From Aquifex aeolicus VF5 (GTDB lineage: Bacteria > Aquificota > Aquificia > Aquificales > Aquificaceae): a stretch of 32,000 bases of DNA. The stretch spans positions 150,001 to 182,000 of the forward strand of contig NC_000918.1 of NCBI RefSeq assembly GCF_000008625.1, written 5' to 3'. Of the stretch, positions 28,300 through 32,000 are shown in pieces (the first letter of the stretch is position 1; each line of letters begins with the position of its first letter). The notes beneath the pieces are model-generated. The model made no database searches and had not been told where the DNA came from. It saw nothing but the letters and a program-made list of their open reading frames with translations. The translations under genes and the position numbers were made by a program.

Positions 28300-28613
28300 A
28301 ACTAAAGTACAAGATATGGTTTGAGATAGACGGAGAGCCCGTAATAACGAAGTTAAAGTATGAGCTTCTTAAAAATATAGAAAAGACAAAGTCAATAAAG
28401 AAGGCTTCAGAACTCCTTAACATCTCTTACAAAAAAGCCCTTGAACACATAAAGGCTATGGAAAAAAGACTGGGTAAAAAAATAGTCGTAAGGGAGAGGG
28501 GAAAAGGGGCTTATTTGACAAAGGAAGGAAAAAAGTTAATGGAAATGTACGAGAGGGCAAAAAAGGAATTTGAAAAAACCGCCCGTTTAATTGAGGAGAA
28601 GGAGGGCATTTGA
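28296..28613 (+). CDS. ModE N-terminal-like winged-helix DNA-binding protein (LysR/ModE type HTH only; TTG start)
   Basis: GEPVITKLKYELLKNIEKTKSIKKASELLNISYKKALEHIKAMEKRLGKKIVVRERGKGAYLTKEGKKLM. Confidence 0.85.
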   Translation: MKLKYKIWFEIDGEPVITKLKYELLKNIEKTKSIKKASELLNISYKKALEHIKAMEKRLGKKIVVRERGKGAYLTKEGKKLMEMYERAKKEFEKTARLIEEKEGI

Positions 28614-29963
28614 GGCTGTTGAGACGTACCTGTGGGGGAGTTTAATCCCTCCACTTTTCAGTTTTGGATTTTCGTTTATAGCCCTTTGAATGTCTTCTTC
28701 ACTTATCTTTAGTTCTTCTTTAGCCCTTTCGTACTCCTCAAAGGCTTTCATCTTTGCTTCGTAGAGCTTCATGAGAACTCTGCTCTTTACGTTAGCCTCC
28801 GCGTCTCCGGAAGTTTCCACCGCAACGAAGAGACTGCCTCCGAGGTCTTCTATCACTTTCGACTGAACACCGTCGCTCTGTGTGGAGGGCATGCAACCAA
28901 ATGGTTTTACGGATATTACCATGTGGGCTTTTTTGTGTTTAATCATGTATATGTGTTTTCCTACTTCCATGTGCCCCTCACCGCCCGAAAGCCTTACGTT
29001 GTAGTACCTGTTTGCGTACTGTGCGAGTTTTTTCTGGCTCTTTAATGGATCGGGTTTATTCCCCAGTGCCAGCCTGTAGAAGTTGTAAAGTCCCCTGAAG
29101 TAAACGTTCAGGGCTTTTAACGCCAGTATCGTCTTGAAAGCCTGCTTTCTATTTTTGAAAGCCTTTTCCTTAGTGTCGAGAATTTTTTCGTAAATCAGGT
29201 ACTCAATCCACGTGGATACGGGCTCAACTATCGGTTCCGCTCCCTCCTCTATAAGCCACTTTGCCATTCTGTAATTTCCGTCTCCTTCCGTAGTTTGTGC
29301 GAAGAACTCTCCCGTAATCTTTACCTTCGGTTTTGGCTGGAAGTAGTAAACCTTAAGATTGTCAAGCTTTCTCTTAACTTCCCTTAGGGCTTTAAATAAA
29401 CTCCTCCCGTTTCTGAGTGCCTCGTAGAGTATGTTCAGGCTCTCCTCCTTCCACATATCCGCGGAATTGGGAACTTCTTCGTACGGCTTTACTTTGTAGT
29501 AAACGTCGTTTATGAGGTCTCCGAGAATTACCGCCTTCATCAGACTCAAGAAAAAGTCCTTGTCGAACTTAAGTTCGCTTTCTCCCATTTCCTTTAGTAC
29601 AGCCTCACTCTGCTCGAAGGTTATTACTTTGAAGTCTCTAAAACCTGCGTCTTTTAAGGCTTTCCTGTACTCCATTTCGTACATGCCGAACCTGCAGGGA
29701 CCGCACGAGCCAGCTGTTACGAAGACGTACTTTTTCTCTATGTCTCTTTCGCCGCTTTCCCTCTTTTCCATCAGGTACTTTACGAGGTTTCCAACGGTGT
29801 AGTAAGTGGGGTTACACTGTCCTTTATTACAGAACTCCTTCCCCACTTTAAGGGCTTCGTTATCGGGAGTTGGAAGGGGTTCAACGTCGTAGCCCAGCCT
29901 CTCCATAGCCCCCTTTATTAAAAAGTCGTGAGCCTGAGTAAGTCCCCCGTAAAGTATCTTCAT
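28587..29963 (-). CDS. 2-hydroxyacyl-CoA dehydratase/activase-related protein (HgdB/BcrC-like)
   Basis: TAGSCGPCRFGMYEMEYRKALKDAGF; SVKPFGCMPSTQSDGVQSKVIEDLGGSLFVAVETSGDAEANVKSR. Confidence 0.82.
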   Translation of the reverse strand: MKILYGGLTQAHDFLIKGAMERLGYDVEPLPTPDNEALKVGKEFCNKGQCNPTYYTVGNLVKYLMEKRESGERDIEKKYVFVTAGSCGPCRFGMYEMEYRKALKDAGFRDFKVITFEQSEAVLKEMGESELKFDKDFFLSLMKAVILGDLINDVYYKVKPYEEVPNSADMWKEESLNILYEALRNGRSLFKALREVKRKLDNLKVYYFQPKPKVKITGEFFAQTTEGDGNYRMAKWLIEEGAEPIVEPVSTWIEYLIYEKILDTKEKAFKNRKQAFKTILALKALNVYFRGLYNFYRLALGNKPDPLKSQKKLAQYANRYYNVRLSGGEGHMEVGKHIYMIKHKKAHMVISVKPFGCMPSTQSDGVQSKVIEDLGGSLFVAVETSGDAEANVKSRVLMKLYEAKMKAFEEYERAKEELKISEEDIQRAINENPKLKSGGIKLPHRYVSTASNALLLLN

Positions 29964-31378
29964 ACCGCTACCTCCCTTCTTTTTAATACTTCCTCTTCGT
30001 ACCTCTTCAAAAAGTAATCAATAGTCTCAACTCTTATCTTTATAGAACCAGAAGGTTTGTTTTCGTCCAGCTCGTGAAAGGTAAAGTAGGGAGTGTTGGT
30101 TTCTTCTAAGATTTCCTCTATTAACGAGTATATGGGGGCGTCGTGCCCGCACCTGAAGGAAGATAGGTCAACTCCTGCAAGGTTCGGGTGTCTTGCCGTG
30201 TACTTTGCCGCCCATACTTTCATGGAAGAATTTTCGCTGTAGCACTTCTTCCAGACGTCCCTTATATCCATAGGGTGTTCTATCCTTCCCTCCAAAATGT
30301 CCCTCTCAAATATCCTGTAAAGGATGTCCTCGTCCCTCGGAAGGCTCTCTATTGTAAAAATCGGGTAGCCCCTTTTGTTTATCTCGTCTAAGATTTCGTG
30401 GTTTATCCCCGGGTCGTTGTGGTAGGGTCTTCCAAGGAGAACTACTCCAACCTTTCCTTCCCTTTCCAGTCTCTCCAGAACTTCCCTTGCCCTTTCCCTT
30501 AAAGTTCTCCTGTACTCCTCAAGTGCCCTCAGACCTTCCCTTACCGCCTCCCTGTTTTCCTCTTTCGTTATTCCGAATAAGGGATTAAATACTTTGTAGA
30601 GTTGTCTCTCTAAGAGTTCCGTGTCTTCCAAATCCAGAACCGGGTCAAGGTATATCACTCCCCTTTCCCTGAATTCGTCCCTTTCCTTTGTAAAACTAGC
30701 CTTCACGACTTCGGGTGTTGCCGAAACTGTGGGACACGCCCAGTGCCCTTCAGCCTTGTATATCTCTCCCTGAAGTGTCCTTATACAGGGGAAAAAGATG
30801 ATGTTCACTCCTTTCTTTTCAAAAAGGAGGTTGTGAACGTGGGCTATTGCGACCTTTGAAGGGAAACACGGGTCTATTGATCCCCTCTTTGAGCCTCTTC
30901 TGTAGAGCTCTTCGCTCGTGAAGTCAGAAAAAACTACCTTTTTAACTCCGAGGGCTTCGAAGTACGTCCTGAAGAAGGGAGCGTAAGAGTATACGTTCAA
31001 GACTCTCGGAATTCCGATTACCGCGTTCTTCAAGAATTCAAGTTTTTTCTTCCTGAAGAAGTTAATTATTCCATTTTCCTTTACCACTTTTTTCGGTTTG
31101 TAGGACTTGAAGAGGAGTTTATTCGAAATCTCAACGAAGTTCGGGTACTTTTCCTGCAGGGAACTCCTTTCTTTTAGGAGTTTTTTTAGCTCTTCCTTGC
31201 TCTCCACTTCCCCTTTATCGCACGTGGCTATTATGAACCTCTTTTTTTCTTCGTTTACCTTGAGATCTATGAAGGTTCTTATGCACAGGTTCTTACAAAA
31301 GTGACAGCGGGTCTCCTCGCCCCTTATGGTTTCGTAATCAATCTTATCCAGGTTTTCAAAACCTATAAAGTTCGTCAT
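29960..31378 (-). CDS. Acyl-CoA dehydratase activase-related protein (DUF2229-like)
   Basis: IGIPRVLNVYSYAPFFRTYFEALGVKKVVFSDFTSEELYRRG...DPCFPSKVAIAHV...VGVVLLGRPYHNDPGINHEI; CHFCKNLC motif at N-terminus. Confidence 0.85.
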   Translation of the reverse strand: MTNFIGFENLDKIDYETIRGEETRCHFCKNLCIRTFIDLKVNEEKKRFIIATCDKGEVESKEELKKLLKERSSLQEKYPNFVEISNKLLFKSYKPKKVVKENGIINFFRKKKLEFLKNAVIGIPRVLNVYSYAPFFRTYFEALGVKKVVFSDFTSEELYRRGSKRGSIDPCFPSKVAIAHVHNLLFEKKGVNIIFFPCIRTLQGEIYKAEGHWACPTVSATPEVVKASFTKERDEFRERGVIYLDPVLDLEDTELLERQLYKVFNPLFGITKEENREAVREGLRALEEYRRTLRERAREVLERLEREGKVGVVLLGRPYHNDPGINHEILDEINKRGYPIFTIESLPRDEDILYRIFERDILEGRIEHPMDIRDVWKKCYSENSSMKVWAAKYTARHPNLAGVDLSSFRCGHDAPIYSLIEEILEETNTPYFTFHELDENKPSGSIKIRVETIDYFLKRYEEEVLKRREVAV

Positions 31379-32000
31379 ACTAATACTCCCTCCGCTTCTT
31401 TTACTCTCTTTGCTTCAAGGGCTGCACCTATTGCCCCTGCTACGCTTCCCATGGGGTGAACGTAAACCTTTGCTTCTGGGACTTTAGACTTTATGTAATC
31501 CACCTGAGCTTTTACCACCGCGAGGTTTTTATGGGTTCCTCCCTGAAGAACGAATACCTTTCCGAGCTTCCTCAAGTTCGGCTCCTGCATTACGTAAAGC
31601 CAGACATTCAAGGGCAGAACCTTTGCGAGTCCTGCCATTATCTCTTCCGCGGTCCATCCGAGTTGCTGGAAGTTAACTATGTCCGCCTCTAAAAATACAG
31701 CACAACCAAAGTTAAAGGAGGGACAGTACTTGGCTTTAAAAGCCACGTCCGCATACTCTTCCACCCTGTATCCGAACCTGTTTGCGGTGGACTGGAGGTA
31801 ATAACCGTTTCCAGCGGAACACTGGGTGTTCAGTCTAAAGTCTTTAACCTTTCCGTTCCTGAGGATTATGACCTTTATATCTTGCCCGCCCACGTCGCAT
31901 ATCACTTCCGCGTCGGGGAAAAACTTAAGGGCTCCGAGCGTGTGGGCTACCGTTTCAACTATTGCAACGTCTCCGCCGAAAGCCATCTTGAGAAGATCTT
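31375..32000 (-). CDS. 2-hydroxyacyl-CoA dehydratase activase-like ATPase (BadF/BadG/HgdC family), N-terminus beyond window
   Basis: AEVICDVGGQDIKVIILRNGKVKDFRLNTQCSAGNGYYLQSTANRFGY...FGCAVFLEADIVNFQQLGWTAEEI...VFVLQGGTHKNLAVVKAQ; frame remains open upstream of the ORF-track Met (DLLKMAFGGD). Confidence 0.9.
   Translation of the reverse strand, partial: DLLKMAFGGDVAIVETVAHTLGALKFFPDAEVICDVGGQDIKVIILRNGKVKDFRLNTQCSAGNGYYLQSTANRFGYRVEEYADVAFKAKYCPSFNFGCAVFLEADIVNFQQLGWTAEEIMAGLAKVLPLNVWLYVMQEPNLRKLGKVFVLQGGTHKNLAVVKAQVDYIKSKVPEAKVYVHPMGSVAGAIGAALEAKRVKEAEGVLV

Noticed and set aside
1-32000. Anti-phage, toxin-antitoxin, transposon or prophage system
   Set aside because: Apart from the CRISPR array, no transposase, integrase, toxin-antitoxin pair or defence gene could be recognised; the window is dominated by housekeeping genes.

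Overview
This window is a compact, gene-dense bacterial chromosome segment. The protein sequences look like a hyperthermophilic Aquificales genome, probably Aquifex aeolicus; that is recalled from protein character and was not searched. Most of it is housekeeping: folE (3' end), a MoxR ATPase, lon, leuB, purK, an EamA transporter, gatA, a DksA/TraR-type protein, an Ogg-type glycosylase, coaD, a frameshifted rsmD, speD, an RlmD/TrmA-type methyltransferase, nusA, rimP, a CDGSH protein, a frameshifted HxlR regulator, tRNA-Ser(GGA), hemC, a lipoate-ligase homologue, a GGDEF protein, an NnrS/COX1-like membrane protein, an Rrf2 regulator, queD, lgt, dapL, a YggS-type protein, and a three-gene 2-hydroxyacyl-CoA dehydratase/activase-like cluster running off the right edge. 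Two non-coding islands stand out. The first is a small CRISPR array (6460-6758) with no cas genes in the window. The second, and most interesting, is an approx. 0.5-kb AT-rich interval (about 16850-17345) between rimP and a CDGSH gene. It is packed with DnaA-box-like 9-mers, (+) oriented on the left and (-) oriented on the right, interleaved with four copies of a separate ATGAAYAACTTANG motif and three copies of a YMTTGATTTTCA-type repeat. It is a strong candidate chromosomal replication origin (oriC) or other DnaA-controlled locus. Other points of note are frameshifts associated with A9/A10 tracts, an overlapping upstream ORF at speD, and overlapping 3' ends at 7 of 8 convergent gene pairs.
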